Of a stretch of 64,000 nucleotides of DNA, positions 26,320-42,446 are shown piece by piece. The stretch comes from Octopus vulgaris. Lineage: Eukaryota. The notes beneath the pieces are model-generated. The model did not search any database and was not told where the DNA came from. It was given only the letters and a program-made list of their open reading frames with translations. Both the position numbers and the translations under genes were made by a program. Positions within the stretch are counted from its first letter, which is position 1. Each line of letters begins with the position of its first letter. The stretch is taken from positions 68,634,001 through 68,698,000 of the forward strand of contig OX597820.1 in assembly GCA_951406725.2 (NCBI GenBank), written 5' to 3'.

Positions 26320-27549
26320 TAGGGTCATCCCATAAATAATGCGTTTTTTTTATACTTAATTTATTTTGCAAAATTAAGATAAGGTTTTCCTTCGTTTTCT
26401 ACAACGTTCTTCCGTCTATTTGGTAGAATTGCAAGGCACCTCTTCAAAACTTCACTGGTCCGGGATGAAAAATACTCTTTCAGTACTGTTCTGACCTCGA
26501 CTACAGAATTCATATTTTTTTCGTCCTAATGGTTTTGAAGACTGCTGAATAAATGATATCAGATGGGGCAATGTCCAGTGACTATGGAAGATGAGGCATC
26601 GTTTCCCATTCAAACTGTTCCATTATTTGGAATTTCATCCTCGTTATATGTGGCCGAGCCTTATCCCGATGGAAGAACACCTTTCGTTTTGAAACCAAAT
26701 ATGGTCGGTTTTCTTCTAACGCTAATTTAAGCCATTCAAGCTGCTTGCAGTAGATCTCCTTTATTATCGCTTGGTTTGAGCTTAGAAGTTTAATGTAGTC
26801 TAGATCTTTCATATCCTAGTAACAGGCAATAACATCTTACGTGGGAAAAAGCGTTCTTTAGCCTGGGGCACCGGTGTTTCTCCTTTCCCTAGTCACTCTC
26901 TTCGACGCTTGACATTTTTATAGAGAACCCATTTCTCGTCACCTGTCACATTTCGGTTGAAAAAAGAGTCATTCGTGTGATGTGACAGCTAAGAAGAACA
27001 CACATTCACTCTGCGCGTGATTAGACTCGGAAAGTTCGTGAGGAACCCATTGACCCAATTCGCTGACTTTTCCGATGGCACACAGGTGTCTATGAATGGT
27101 TGAATGACCAATTCTATGCTTCTCTGCTAGCTCGTGCTTTACAGTTCTTCCAGGACAAGCCTCGTCTTCTAGACTAGTTTTTGGCTCTGGAACCACTGCT
27201 GAAACTGGAACCACTGTTGACACTGGTCCCACTGCTGACACTGGCTTACAATTATTGTCCGATCCCCGGATACTGCATTAATGTTCCTCACACTTGACGT
27301 TGTGTTGTTGCCTTTATTGAACTCAAAGCAAAATATGCCGAAAATGCTCATTTGCCACTTCTATTATAGCTATGAAAAAATAACTGTTAAAATCGAACTG
27401 CACTCTTCAAAACTTGCACTAAGAATAAGGAAGAAGCAAAATTACTATCTGCTTATATAGCAAGTCGATGCAGATAGTTTATCCCGTCCCCTACCCAACT
27501 TAAACTTCATGCAATTAAAAAAATAAAGCATTGTTCATGGGATGACCCA
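26320..27549 (-). mobile_element. Near full-length decayed mariner element (~1.23 kb)
   Basis: Imperfect TIRs gggtcatcccataaataatgc (26322) and gcattgttcatgggatgaccc (27528-27548). Transposase motifs across frameshifts: EHFRHIL, LGQWVPHELSE, VTGDEKWV, FHRDKARPH, WETMPHLP*SLDIAPSD. Confidence 0.92.
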
Positions 27550-29709
27550 CAAAATCGATCATGGTCTTTAAGTATCATGTTCTTTTTCTAATTGTTTTAA
27601 GTGCATATGTAGTCACGCGATGTTACAAATACCGTCTCAGTAGCCCCTGTCTCTTGAACCACTGGACCATTAAAAAAAGAGAATGCTGCACTTTTTCCAT
27701 CGTTGTTCGTCACGGCTTAATAGGCTTGGATGACGCAGAATATAGGAGTTTTATCAGGTATAGAACCTATCGCTTGGTCAAGGATTTGAAATCGCGAATC
27801 TATGATGCCGAGCCACACATTTTTTCACTAAAATTTTGAATGAGCATACACATTTTCCAGTTAGTTATTGATTGCTTTGTGTTGTTACTATTAGTATGTA
27901 TTCATTTCTACGAGTGTCTGAATTTGTGGGTATGTGTATATTTGTAGTCTTATGAACTCAGTTAAAATGTTTAGTATCTAATCTAGTGCACTCAATCTAA
28001 CGGTTTAATCGTTGTGTACGTGTATACACGCGTATGTCAATGTGTCTCTGCTTATTCAGTTGTAAACCGATATTCATTTATATGTCTCTTGTGGTTGCTA
28101 CCTTGCGGTAGTTAAGTGCATTTATTCATATATAGAGCTCATTCTTTTTTTTTTCACAACGCATATTTGAGGAGAAAAAACCCAGAAGTGTAAAGGAAAT
28201 ATCTGTTGAAATGGGATTTTCTTTCTGCCGGAATATCATCACATTTCCTATATATGTATTCATTAATTTATTAAAGATACGCGGACACTTCAACTCTTTC
28301 TAATTAGACACACATTACTACATAAAAAGTAAAATAAAAATACATAATGAAAATGAAAATGTCACTCTTGGAATATCATACCGCTGTTATTGGCTATGCC
28401 GTTAAGTGTTGTAAGTAGATACCTATCAGTATGAGGGCATACAGAGATTAATTCTACGTGCCAATTTAATATTTTGTTTAAATCTATAGTATTCATAACA
28501 TTCCTTAAAACGCTGCTGAAATCATTGATTGCTTATAAGGTGTCTCTCTATGCTAGATTTACCATTTGATGTTATGGAGTAAGACATAATCTTTGAAAAC
28601 CATCATGATTGTTATAAGCATTGTGCCAGTTTTCTCTGTAAATTGATAAATATACAATTATATTGATAAAGTTAGTAGTAAAGATATATTGCGACGATCC
28701 CTGTATAATCAAAACTTGTCTCATATTTTATGTCTGATTTCCGTGTGAAGCTTCAATTGACTGGATGTACTCTTTGAGAATGACAACCAAATTACGCTGC
28801 GCCGTTAGTTGTGATCTGATGATATGCATTCTCCAATTATTCTTATGAAGAACGATGCACTATTCACAGAATTCTTTCGTGTTTAGCCACTTATTTTGAA
28901 CAAATTTGTATTGAAGGTTATTATGTACATATGTTTAGGGGTAAACAGGTTCTTATGAGCAGTAGAAGGGTTTTACTTATTCATACATTTATATTTATCG
29001 AAAATGATGCATATCAACACATGACCTTTATTCCTTTCTATTAGATTTTTTCGTATCTAACATTTAACGTATTATATTTAACGGTTTCTTGTAGTCACTG
29101 GATAACAGTGCTTTGTTGTATAGTATACGCCACTCTATTGAATGATTGCACAATTTTGAGAAATTTTCTAAGAATACACGGTGAGCTGTTTGAATTGTGT
29201 ATTTGGTTAGAATATTAACAGTCAATAACGTTAAGTGTTGCGTTTAAGAAATTTACTATCTTGAGGTTATTACTCATATATCTAAATAGACATAAAGAGA
29301 TACAACACAGATATGCATAGATTACACTATCAATTCAAAGCACAACGTAGACATACATCCAGGTATATAGCAAACAGTGCTAAGGAACACATAGACATGT
29401 AAAATATACGCATAATGGCGATTGGGAAGGAACATAGAAAGAAATACACAGAATAACAAAACATAGAAAACAGTTGTGATAAGACATACTAATACCGTCG
29501 AAATGAAATACGTTGAAGAGAGAGTTTCATTGTATTAGATGGAGTAAAAAAACAGACGAAGAGTGAAGCATTACCTGAAGAAAGAAGTTATGGTGAAACC
29601 GTTAGTAATGATATTGAAGCAATATCAAGCTAATAGATTAACATGTATTGTACACTGTAATTTAGCATTGATTTCTCCTTCATTCATTGTAGTATGTTTT
29701 CTTATGTCC

Positions 29710-29793
29710 GTCTGTCTGTCTGTCTATGTGTCTATGTGCCCGTCTGTTTGTCTATCTGACTGTCTATCTATCTATCTATCTATCAATCAATCA

Positions 29794-29864
<71 letters not shown>

Positions 29865-29868
29865 AATA

Positions 29869-29901
<33 letters not shown>

Positions 29902-29903
29902 GT

Positions 29904-29953
<50 letters not shown>

Positions 29954-29979
29954 GTCTATCTATCTACCTATCTACTATG

Positions 29980-30018
<39 letters not shown>

Positions 30019-30082
30019 GTTCATATCTATACAATTATATATACCTATATTCATATATGCATGCAATATGTGTATAAATATG

Positions 30083-30114
<32 letters not shown>

Positions 30115-30170
30115 CACGTATATATATATGCATATATATGTGTATATACACACTCATATATACATATACA

Positions 30171-30212
<42 letters not shown>

Positions 30213-30389
30213 ACAAAGTTACATGCACATTTGATAGAGCGAGACAAGTTAGCTGGTGAGGTTTACGTAAATATGTATGTATGTGCCTATATATATGTAT
30301 TTATGTATGTATGTATGTATGTATGTATGTATGTATGTATGTATGTATGTATGTATGTATGCATGTATGTATGCATGTATGTATGTATG

Positions 30390-30435
<46 letters not shown>

Positions 30436-30619
30436 ACTATCTATCCATCTGTATACACAGACACACACACACATACATATGTATATATATATCGATCTAT
30501 CTACCCTTCTGCCTACCTATCTAACTAACATTCTAAATATCAACAGATAAGACTCTGTTTCTTCCTCAGTCATTCAATTCTTCCGTATGTATGTACAGAT
30601 ATGTATATATGTATATCTG

Positions 30620-30666
<47 letters not shown>

Positions 30667-30709
30667 AAATATAGACAGGTGTGTATGTATTGGTACATAC
30701 CCACACGAA

Positions 30710-30740
<31 letters not shown>

Positions 30741-30776
30741 CGTGTATATATATATACATACATACATATATTATAT

Positions 30777-30829
<53 letters not shown>

Positions 30830-31047
30830 CATATATATATACATATCTGTGCTTGTATGGAAGTTGAGAAAGTTAGTTATATTTACAATTAACAGTTTTC
30901 TCAATGAAATTAAGCTTGGCTTGAAATAAAGAATCCAGATCCGACAGAGAGAGACACACATACAAAGGGAATGGGTTCACATGAAATCAAAATCAGGGAA
31001 TGATATCTGTATATATATACATATACATACATATATATATATGTATG

Positions 31048-31129
<82 letters not shown>

Positions 31130-31140
31130 GATATAATAAG

Positions 31141-31180
<40 letters not shown>

Positions 31181-31212
31181 GTAGATATAATATATGTATG
31201 CATGTGTATATG

Positions 31213-31258
<46 letters not shown>

Positions 31259-31286
31259 AATATGTATACATGTATATATATATGTA

Positions 31287-31325
<39 letters not shown>

Positions 31326-31551
31326 TATATATACGTATATACAAATGGACAGACAGCGGCACACGGGTACGCACACATACACTGCAACACACAGATACTT
31401 CAGTACAACATGTTTATAGCGTAGTTCTATTTTTTCATACAATTTTTTTTTGTGTGTCAGTCTGCCATTAAGATCACAATATGTGAGCTTGCAATTAGAT
31501 ACATATCTTATATTTCTGATTGCCCATAAAGCCGTATGCTTGTTATATATA

Positions 31552-31613
<62 letters not shown>

Positions 31614-31747
31614 CTTATACAACTTTTTACAAACATATCAAAGAAGATGAAATAAATAGGTGATATTTGTCACAACAATTGTACATTGTATTACGTTCAC
31701 TACTGCTGACAAATCTCTCTAACCCTTGAGAATATATATATATGCAA

Positions 31748-31791
<44 letters not shown>

Positions 31792-31811
31792 TAACTATGT
31801 ATATGAATATA

Positions 31812-31887
<76 letters not shown>

Positions 31888-33032
31888 CATAACTATGTAT
31901 ATGTATATATATATATGCATTCATCTAAGTATACGTATATATATATATACATGAAAATTTGTATCTATTCATGTGTGTATATGTGTATATATATATATGT
32001 ATGCACTTCTATTTGTAAAGCTTAATACTAAAAAGCATGCTTACACACACATACACACATATACGCACAAATATTGATAGCTACTATAGTCATATATATG
32101 CGTATATATATTTATGTATATATGTAATAGTCCACATACATACATATAGATACATATGCACCTATACATAGGGAAGTATTTATATTTGTATGTATTTATA
32201 TATGTATGTGATGCATGCATCCATCCATCCATCTATCCATACATACATACATACATACATACATACATACATACATACATACATACATACATACATACAT
32301 ACATACATACATACATACATACATACATAAGCGATAATTTACATGAATACACATATATGCATGTGTCTATGTATGACTATAATTTCATAATATTTACTTT
32401 TCGCACTAATTCTTTAAGGCCATATGTTTTGATAATGAAACAGAAATAAAAGATTAATTTTTTATACAAAATTTTGTTCCGGTCTGCGTTGATAATTCTA
32501 AATATCATTATAGTTTTTTAACATTTTCTTCAAAGAAACGATTACAGTTTAAAATTTATGCTCAAAAAATATTGTAGAAATAAAAATTATATATATATAA
32601 AACATATATAAGCGTATATTCGCAACACGTAAGCAAGGTAGTACAGTGTTCAAAATAAAATATTATGAGAATTGGAAACATGATTTTCAAATTTCATATC
32701 AAGTCATGGGTTGATTATATAAATTTAAAAATTTTAATTGCTTGATAGTATATATACACATAGATATAAAATATATATATATATTCAGACACACACAGGC
32801 ACACACTCACAAACACAACACACATACACACAACATACACACACACTCACACACACACACACATCTATATATCTATATATATATATACATAGCAATATAT
32901 AAATACTTCATGTATTGCTACATATATATTTATATATATATGTATATATAAATATGTATACATGCACACATGCATACATATATATATACCTACATATACA
33001 TACATACATACATACATATATATATGTGTGTG

Positions 33033-33063
<31 letters not shown>

Positions 33064-33315
33064 GTAGGTATATATATATGTATATGCATATATCTATATA
33101 TTTATATATACACACACACACATCAGAGTTTGCATTCGTGCGTTACTACTAATATTCATAAAATAGATACATGGCGGGATTACTAGACACGTGAATCGTC
33201 GCATACAAAAATCATACATACATACATTTATATACATATGTATATATATGTATATACATACATATATTTATATACATATGTATATATATATATATATATA
33301 TAAGTATATGTATAC

Positions 33316-33375
<60 letters not shown>

Positions 33376-33493
33376 GGTGTTTACTTATTCCTTATACAGA
33401 GTTTGACCATCTCTTGTACTATCATATATACACTCATATACACAGCTATATATCAATGCATAGAAACACACTCACAAAATACGTTCTTTCTCT

Positions 33494-33548
<55 letters not shown>

Positions 33549-33712
33549 TCAAACATATGTCAAAATGTATCCATGCACTGAAATAATAGAGAATAATATA
33601 GATGCACAAACAGACACTCATAAACTCATTCACGGGTGCATGTATATAAATATATTGTGATAGAAACATATAATATTCATAATAGATACATACATACATA
33701 TATATGAATGAA

Positions 33713-33760
<48 letters not shown>

Positions 33761-33913
33761 CGTGTGTGTGTGTGTGTGCATCTATTATAAATATATATAC
33801 ATATATATGTATATATATGTTTACATACACATACATATATATATATATGTATATATATATATGTATACATATATATATACATATGTGTATACATATATGT
33901 ATATATATATATT

Positions 33914-33965
<52 letters not shown>

Positions 33966-34141
33966 CGTGTGTGTGTATACATATATATATATATATGTAT
34001 GTATGTATATATACATATATAAAATATATTTGTGCATTATATATATATATGTATATATGTATGCATATATATATATACATACATTTATAATTGTTGTGTA
34101 TAGAATACAATTATACTATATATATATGAATGTATATACAT

Positions 34142-34184
<43 letters not shown>

Positions 34185-34196
34185 GGCGTGTGTGCG

Positions 34197-34241
<45 letters not shown>

Positions 34242-34269
34242 TAAACATTTAAGAAAGGCTCGAAATTTC

Positions 34270-34337
<68 letters not shown>

Positions 34338-34769
34338 TGTGTTTATATATGTATGTCTTTATAACATTCTTTATAAATATGTTTGCATAACTATTATTGT
34401 ACATACACACACACATGAATGTTGTTTTAGCGTTTGTGCATATCTGTATATGTGTTTATGTATGAGTGTATACAATAACAATTATAATTACGTCAATAGG
34501 TTTCACGGAATTTTTTTATATGAATTCTTAGTAAAATACATAATTATTAATAACTTCAAGATTTGAATTTTAATTATAGTTCATCTCTCTCTCTCTCTCA
34601 TTCTCTTTCCCTCTCTCCACACACACAATTTATTATATTTATAAGTGTTTAGAAATATACATGCATACATGTATATACATATATATATATATATACATAT
34701 AGACATTTATAGACAAAGATATATATGTTAATATATATATATATATGCATATATATGTAGGTATGTATG

Positions 34770-34819
<50 letters not shown>

Positions 34820-35943
34820 TATATACCTTTGTATGTATGTGTATGCTCTGATAAGTACATATGTATGAACATATGTATATATACATACAAATATAACATT
34901 ATATATACTTATATGTAAACACATATATATATATTTCAATATATAGGTACACACATACATAAATATATATATATACATGCTTGTTAGTGTGTATGTTTGT
35001 TTGTGTGCTGTTTGCTGTATATATAGATATATGTGTGTCTATACATTTATATATACATGTACTAGGATATACATACGTATACATATAGTTCCATATATAC
35101 ATACATGTATATGTACATACACACAAAATACAGACAGACACATACACACACACGAGCACATACACACACACAAGCACGCACACACGAGCACATACGCACA
35201 CACAAGCACACACACACACACACTCAGATACACACACATATATGTATATATATATATAAACATATCCCACATCATATCTTTGTTGATATAATGACTGTAG
35301 AGTTTCCAGTTTTAACACACTTCTCTCACCATTGAATTCTTATATAATGGCCTTCATCTATTATATAAGAAGAGTATGATTGAAACACTACTAATACAAA
35401 ATTCAAATGAAGTGCTATTATGAAAATCCCATGTCTTTAACTGAATCATAATATGCGTTTTTTAATTTTATTTTTACTTTCTGCTAACTAATGAAATTTA
35501 GCCTTATAATTTATATTTTTCAAATATAAAAAGAATATTATCCACGACACACGAACACACACGCACGCACAAATGTATGTGTGTATGTATTACTCTTTTA
35601 CTCTTTTGCTTGTTTCAGTCATTTGACTGCGGCCATGCTGGAGCACCGCCTGTAATCAAGCAACTCGACCCCGGGACTTATTCTTTTGTAAGCCCAGTAC
35701 TTATTCTATCGGTCTCTTTTGCCGAACCGCTAAGTGACGGGGACGTAAACACACCAGCATTGGTTGTCAAGCTAGGGGGACAAACACAGACACACAAACA
35801 CACACACATACATATATACATATATATACATATATAAGACACTTGCCCAAGATGCCACGCAGTGGGACTGAACCTGGAACCATATGGTTGGTAAGCAAGC
35901 TACTTACCACACAGCCACTCCTGCGCCTATGTGTGTATGTATG

Positions 35944-35980
<37 letters not shown>

Positions 35981-35988
35981 GTTCACAC

Positions 35989-36058
<70 letters not shown>

Positions 36059-36412
36059 GTGTATGCATATATATGTACGTGTATTAAATAGTACACCATT
36101 CAACAATAACCATCATTGATATTCTGAAGTATAATTCATATTTATTTAACACGTGTTCTATATTTATTTTAAATAAAATTAACAGCCATATCATAGTGCC
36201 GAAGTTTCTTATATTATAATTACCATATCAGCTTCTTTTCAATTTTGAAAACTAAAGCATATTGTAATCATTTGCTTTTATATAGAGGCTACATGATCAT
36301 GAAATTCTATGTTCAAAACATCATAATCACCTATATAATATCTGAAATTTAAATATACAAGACCATCTACATTTATCTATCTATCTATCTTTCTATCTCT
36401 ATTTGTCTCTCC

Positions 36413-36484
<72 letters not shown>

Positions 36485-36673
36485 TCCCTACAATCGCATA
36501 CATACTTAAAAGTACAATATATTTCTGCATTCGTGTAGCTTTTGTGTGTATACTGAGCGTTCAGACTGAGATATGCGCTCTAATATACATACATACATAT
36601 AAACATGCATACATACTTACATGCATAAGTTTATATATGTGTATATATATAAGGATTTAAGGATATATATACA

Positions 36674-36739
<66 letters not shown>

Positions 36740-36846
36740 TTGATATAGATAAAGATATAGATACATATGTATGCTTATATGTGTTTACATATAAATAGAA
36801 ATATATGCATATACATATATATATATATCATTTAGAGAATTATTAT

Positions 36847-36897
<51 letters not shown>

Positions 36898-37198
36898 CAC
36901 ATACATACATACATACATACACACGTATGTGTGTATGGTTGTGTCAGAGTTATGCAATTGCGCATCTCTGAAAGTATGTAATTTATAACATATATACGCA
37001 TGCATATATGTCCATCCATATACACACATATATGATTGCGAATAAATACTTATTTCATTGGAAGCTAATGGAAAGTCACTTATGTTAAACTATGTACATC
37101 AAAGATACAAATCATTATTTTATTCATTCATTAAGCAATCTGTTTCAAGTCTAATAATTTTTTTATCCTATTAAATATAAATACCGTTATATATATAC

Positions 37199-37249
<51 letters not shown>

Positions 37250-37250
37250 C

Positions 37251-37304
<54 letters not shown>

Positions 37305-37909
37305 TTATATATATACGTGTGTTTGTGTGTGTGTCTATGTCATATTCATGCACGTTTGTGTTTGCTGTTGCGTGCGTGTGTGAGTATTGTCATGAAAATA
37401 TGGACGCATTTGATTCCGTAGATAAGTTGATAAATGCGTGTATTACACGAAACACACACACACACATATATGTGTTCGTGTGTTCTTGTGTGTATGTGTG
37501 TGTGTGTGCATGTACGTCTGCGTGTGTGTGTGAATGCCTGTGCGGCCGCGTGTTTCGATGCGTATGTATGTGAGAATGCGCGTTCAGTTGCATGTGTCTG
37601 TTTCTATGGTTATATATACGCACACGCAATTTCACACATAGTGATAAAAAGCAAAATATACAGGCACTTTTGTATATACGTACATATGCATACTTTTAGG
37701 TGTGATTGGTTGAGTCTGTATGCGTGTTCACTATCTAGTTATATCCTATGATTTGCGACCTAATCATAAATAACATGCAAAGAAATGCGAAACCTAAAAT
37801 TATATATATATATATAAAATGATATATATATATATATATACATATATGTATATATATATGCATATATGTATGTATATATATATGCATATATATATATATG
37901 TATATGTAC

Positions 37910-37958
<49 letters not shown>

Positions 37959-38164
37959 TGCATATCCCTATATATTCGTTAATATATGCCTGAATGTGTT
38001 CTGTGTGCATCTAGAGTATTTCTCCATACGGAGGTCATTTTCATTTGAGATATTCACATTATGGGATGACAGATCAAATAGAATAATCATTAACTTCGGA
38101 AATGCATTCTATTACGGTGGTACTTCAGGACTCATTAGACTAGACCAAATAGAATTACATATAC

Positions 38165-38210
<46 letters not shown>

Positions 38211-38232
38211 GTATATATATATAAGCACATAT

Positions 38233-38309
<77 letters not shown>

Positions 38310-38995
38310 TATGTACTCATATGCGTATATATACATACATATAGTATATAAAGACAGCTACCATATTCAAGGAAGGTGAACTTGCGTGACAAATGGTGAA
38401 ATTTGGACATAAAAATTACGTTCTGCGTGTACTGCATTAGTGCAATCAGAGCTTTGATTAGGAGAGGAACATAACATAGTTTTTGATGACAATCATCCAT
38501 ATTATCCCACATCTATGTTAACGACTAGTTAGTTAATTCTGACATCGACGGATGATGGGAGTGTAAACTGTAATAAGTAGTGGAAATATTGTACATAAAA
38601 GCAGATGCATATTTACGTGAACGGATGAAATGTAGTTGAAAGGTCTTCGTAGAACATTGGGTACACGAAAAAAAAAAATCTTCCTTTTCTCCAAACACAT
38701 TCTCATTCTTTTCCTCGCTTCCTCTCTCTTTGTGGTATGTGTATGTGTATACGTAAGTGTACGTGTGTGTGTGTGTGTGTGTGTGTGTGTTAGTCTTTGT
38801 GTGTGTATCAATATACACATACATATCTTCATTCAGCAATACATATAAAGGAAGTCATGCGTTTAGGGTATACATTATATAGGTATGTCTGTGAGTATAA
38901 ATTATGTATATGTGTGTATATATATATTTATATGTATATATGTATATGTATAAATATATACCTATACATATATATGTACATACATAACTACATAA
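29710..38995. repeat. Large compound microsatellite field (TCTA)(TATG)(TA)(CA)(TC)
   Basis: About 9 kb dominated by simple repeats; explains the low-complexity ORFs, including the 223-aa and 270-aa ones. Confidence 0.95.
35591..35927 (-). mobile_element. SINE family A with internal deletion
   Basis: Head and tail intact. The segment between aagacacttgccc and the central microsatellite, present in other copies, is missing. Confidence 0.9.
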
Positions 38996-39271
38996 TATAA
39001 AGGCGCCTGGCGTATTTGTTAGGGTGTTGCGGTTTCGATTACAATGCAGTTTCGATTCTCAGACCGGTTGTTACATTATGTTCCTTTCGCGTAGTTTTGC
39101 GATCATTTCGTCATCTGACATGCGGTACGTTGTTTACCTGTACAGGTAATGTTAAATTTCATGGTCGAAATGGGCTTATGCGTATCTAAATATTTGATCT
39201 CTATAAACAAATATTCTATGTAGTTGTTCATGAAGAAATTGCAGAGCCCTCTAACGGCGGTAGATTCTATG

Positions 39272-39386
<115 letters not shown>

Positions 39387-39395
39387 AGTGGGGTG

Positions 39396-39433
<38 letters not shown>

Positions 39434-40442
39434 TCACTCTTTTATGCGTTTCAGCTCCGGGGTTCTGGCTGTGCTGGTGCACCGCCTGTATTATTACTTT
39501 ATAAATGTTCATTTTCTTTGTAATTTGCTGTTGGTGACGGTCGGACCTTAATATTGTTGCCCTCTTTTCTGTTTTTTGCTGTGATGTAGAACTCTCAGAT
39601 GTTTTGGTTAAATATCAAACATCTTTGGATCTTTGCATACATGAACCTCACTCGAGACGGGATGGCTTGGAACTTCCATTTCTGGAGCTATTATAGTTAG
39701 GTGTCAATCCCTTCAGGGTCTTCTATTCGTATATCTATGCCGCCTTCATTCCAGTGAGCAGAGTTGAAATGTTTTCAATATCTCCCAATATCTCAGCAGT
39801 ACCTGTTGTAGCACCGCAGAGCTGCCTCAAGGTCCGCTATTAATTTGACACTGTTGGGTAACCACAATTCAGAGCAACGGTGTAGACGTCTGACGACAAA
39901 TTATCTCCGTAGAACCAACATTGTTTCCTGGTCTCTTACTGAAATTTCTCAGGATCCAACAGACTATTCGCTTGCACATCAAATGATATGCACATCAAAC
40001 GAGGCGTTGTTCCTCATATCAATCCACAGATCACGCACTGTACTTGACCGTAGGGTTGCTGCCCCTTATGGACCAAAGCGTTTTTGTTGCAGTACGTTAG
40101 CACAAGATGGCTGATAGTAAGATGGCTGATAGCAAACATTAGCATCGGAATGTTCTCTGAATTCTACTTCTTTTGTGACGTACGTACGAGTAGTAAGAGT
40201 GGCTACATGTGGAACTGATGGCATGTCCGAACGAACCATCATGGATAGCAGCAGCCCCACTCGCTATTACTGGCTCTTTGGAGAGGGCACAATTGGCTGC
40301 TACAGCCTGGTTTCTGGGTATTATGAAGTCGTGTGTTCATATATGTTCATATATTTTGTTTTCCTCAATTTGGAATCCGACGAGAACTTTCCATTTTTAG
40401 TTACCTATGCCAGTGCGTCCGTGTACTCGAATCGTTATACAC

Positions 40443-40473
<31 letters not shown>

Positions 40474-41009
40474 TGTATGTATGTATGTATGTATGTATGT
40501 ATGTATGTATGTATGTATGTATGTATGTGTATGTGTATGTATGTATGAGCTGAAACACATAAAATGTATGTATGTAGGTATGTGTATGTATGTATGGATG
40601 GATGGATGTATAATATGTATGTCAGGTCACTTGTGAATCCCTCATGAGTACTATTGGTAACTTGGAACCCAATATAACTTGCTGAATGTTCGGCTTCTCA
40701 GCCTTTAAACCGGAACCCCCACCATGCTATCCTGGTGATGAGGGCTGCTAGAAAACCAGTAGGACTAAAAATAAGACCTGTTAAAAGGCCGGAAGAACCC
40801 AGTACAGGTTTAACGACTATCTAGCAACAGCAAGGGCATGCAGAAATTCCGGAAAGGTGTCCACCGTACTGGAAGACCAATGGGAGTGAAGCACTCCTGA
40901 GCTCTTGTTGAACCATTCTCTAGGAGAAGGTTACTGTGATATGGAACCAGATATGCGGGGAATGGCAATGGACATTTTGGGGATATTTTGCTAAAGTGAT
41001 ACTAGTTTT

Positions 41010-41300
41010 CTGGTTAGAATTTTCTCCTCGTCGAGTAGCTTATGACACTCAAAAATTTAATCAGTTATGAATAGTCATACAGGGTCCCTATCTATGATAA
41101 TTAACTCTGAAGTAACAGTCTCAGAAACTTCGCTGTCCTCAAATAAAGGAGTTTTCACTATATGTTCTACGCTCATGTTAATCCCAATTTCTCCAACAAA
41201 TTTCTCGAACCTGGATGTTAATGCTTCCAGGGCTCTACAACTACGAGGATGACAGTTATTTTCTTCATTGGTCACATTTGTGCAATCTGAATTTTAGTGA
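41010..41300 (-). mobile_element. 3' fragment of an R4/Dong/NeSL-type non-LTR retrotransposon, frameshifted
   Basis: Joined frames read QIAQM*PMKKITVILVVV-RALEALTSRFEKFVGEIGINMSVEHIVKTPLF-RTAKFLRLLLQS*, matching W....V.VIPVVVGALG....K....IGI......QKTALLGTA.ILR..L. Confidence 0.8.
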
Positions 41301-41661
41301 CTTCCCAATAGCCCCATCAAAATCTGCAGCGTACAGTAGTAACATTAGCTGCAGCGAAGAAATTCATATCATCTGCAGAATCACAGGCATCAATAAGAGT
41401 AGTAACAGTACCAACAGCAGCAGCAAACAGAAAAGTCCGCAGCTGCAGTGTGACTAGAACACGGTCAGCAGTAACATCACCATCAATGATAGGAAGGAGA
41501 GCAACAGGAAAAACAACATCCACACAAACAGAACCAACATCTGCCTCGTAGGAAGCCCCCCATTAACTTCTCTCTTAATCTCACTCTTCACTTCTCTTTC
41601 AAAGTAAAAGCATACATGGAGGCAAATGGAAACATAACATAACTTCATGCCTACATCAATA

Positions 41662-41823
41662 GGCGCAGGAGCGGCTGTGTGGTCAGTAGCTTGCTTACCA
41701 ACCACATGGTTCCAGGTTCAGTCCCAATGCATAGCAGCTTGTGCAAGTGTTTTCTACAATAGCCGCTGGCCGACCAAAGCCTTGTCAGTGGATTTGGTAG
41801 GCGTTAACAGAAAGAAATCCATC

Positions 41824-41860
<37 letters not shown>

Positions 41861-42097
41861 CATACATACATATATGTATGTGTGGGTATATGTTTGTGTG
41901 TCTGTGTTTGTTCCCACAACATCGCTTGACAACCGATGCTGGTGTGTTTATGTCCCCATAACTTAACGGTTCGGCAAAAAGTGGACGATAGAATAAGTAC
42001 TAGGCTAACAAAGAATAAGTTCTGGGGTCGATTTGCTCGACCAAATTCGGTGCTCCACCATGGCCGCAGTCAAATGACTGAAACAAGTAAAAGAATA
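41662..42097 (+). mobile_element. SINE family A, full length
   Basis: Colinear with the 2394 and 15836 copies. Confidence 0.92.
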
Positions 42098-42221
42098 ACA
42101 GAATTTTTTTAAAATATCAAACAGCATAGGATCTTTCAGATGTGGAAATCTCTGTTTGTTTTTTTGTTTTTTAAGGCAGCGGCAGAAGCAGAAGGAAAAG
42201 AATTTAAAAGATTTATAATTA

Positions 42222-42367
42222 ACATTATTTACATTATTTACATTTGACGGATATTTGTGCTCATCTTGTTGTTAAGACAACGTTTCGGCTGATGTACCCC
42301 CCAGGCTTCATCAGGTGTCTTCGGGAAATTTTGAACCTGGGTTCTCATTCCTAAGGTATTCTTGTTG

Positions 42368-42446
<79 letters not shown>

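Noticed and set aside
27561-27839. 92-aa ORF with hydrophobic N-terminus and KKR, resembling a neuropeptide precursor
   Set aside because: Its 3' half overlaps a decayed minus-strand tRNA-SINE (ggatttgaaatcgcga...), and it starts right at a mariner end; no homology recognised.
35280-35370. Minus-strand HHR-like GAAAC-TCTACA-GTC with upstream TAGATGA
   Set aside because: Two core mismatches, no clean stem II and an AT-only stem I; likely chance.
39845-40330. Gypsy integrase-like TDGMSERTI and AAPYGP strings
   Set aside because: The flanking residues (such as TAYHPQ) are absent and the motif order is wrong. Possibly TE-derived, but unsupported.
40630-41000. Possible RTE 5' UTR or HDV-like ribozyme (also 1915-2330)
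   Set aside because: Only a vague resemblance; I could not build the nested double pseudoknot by hand.
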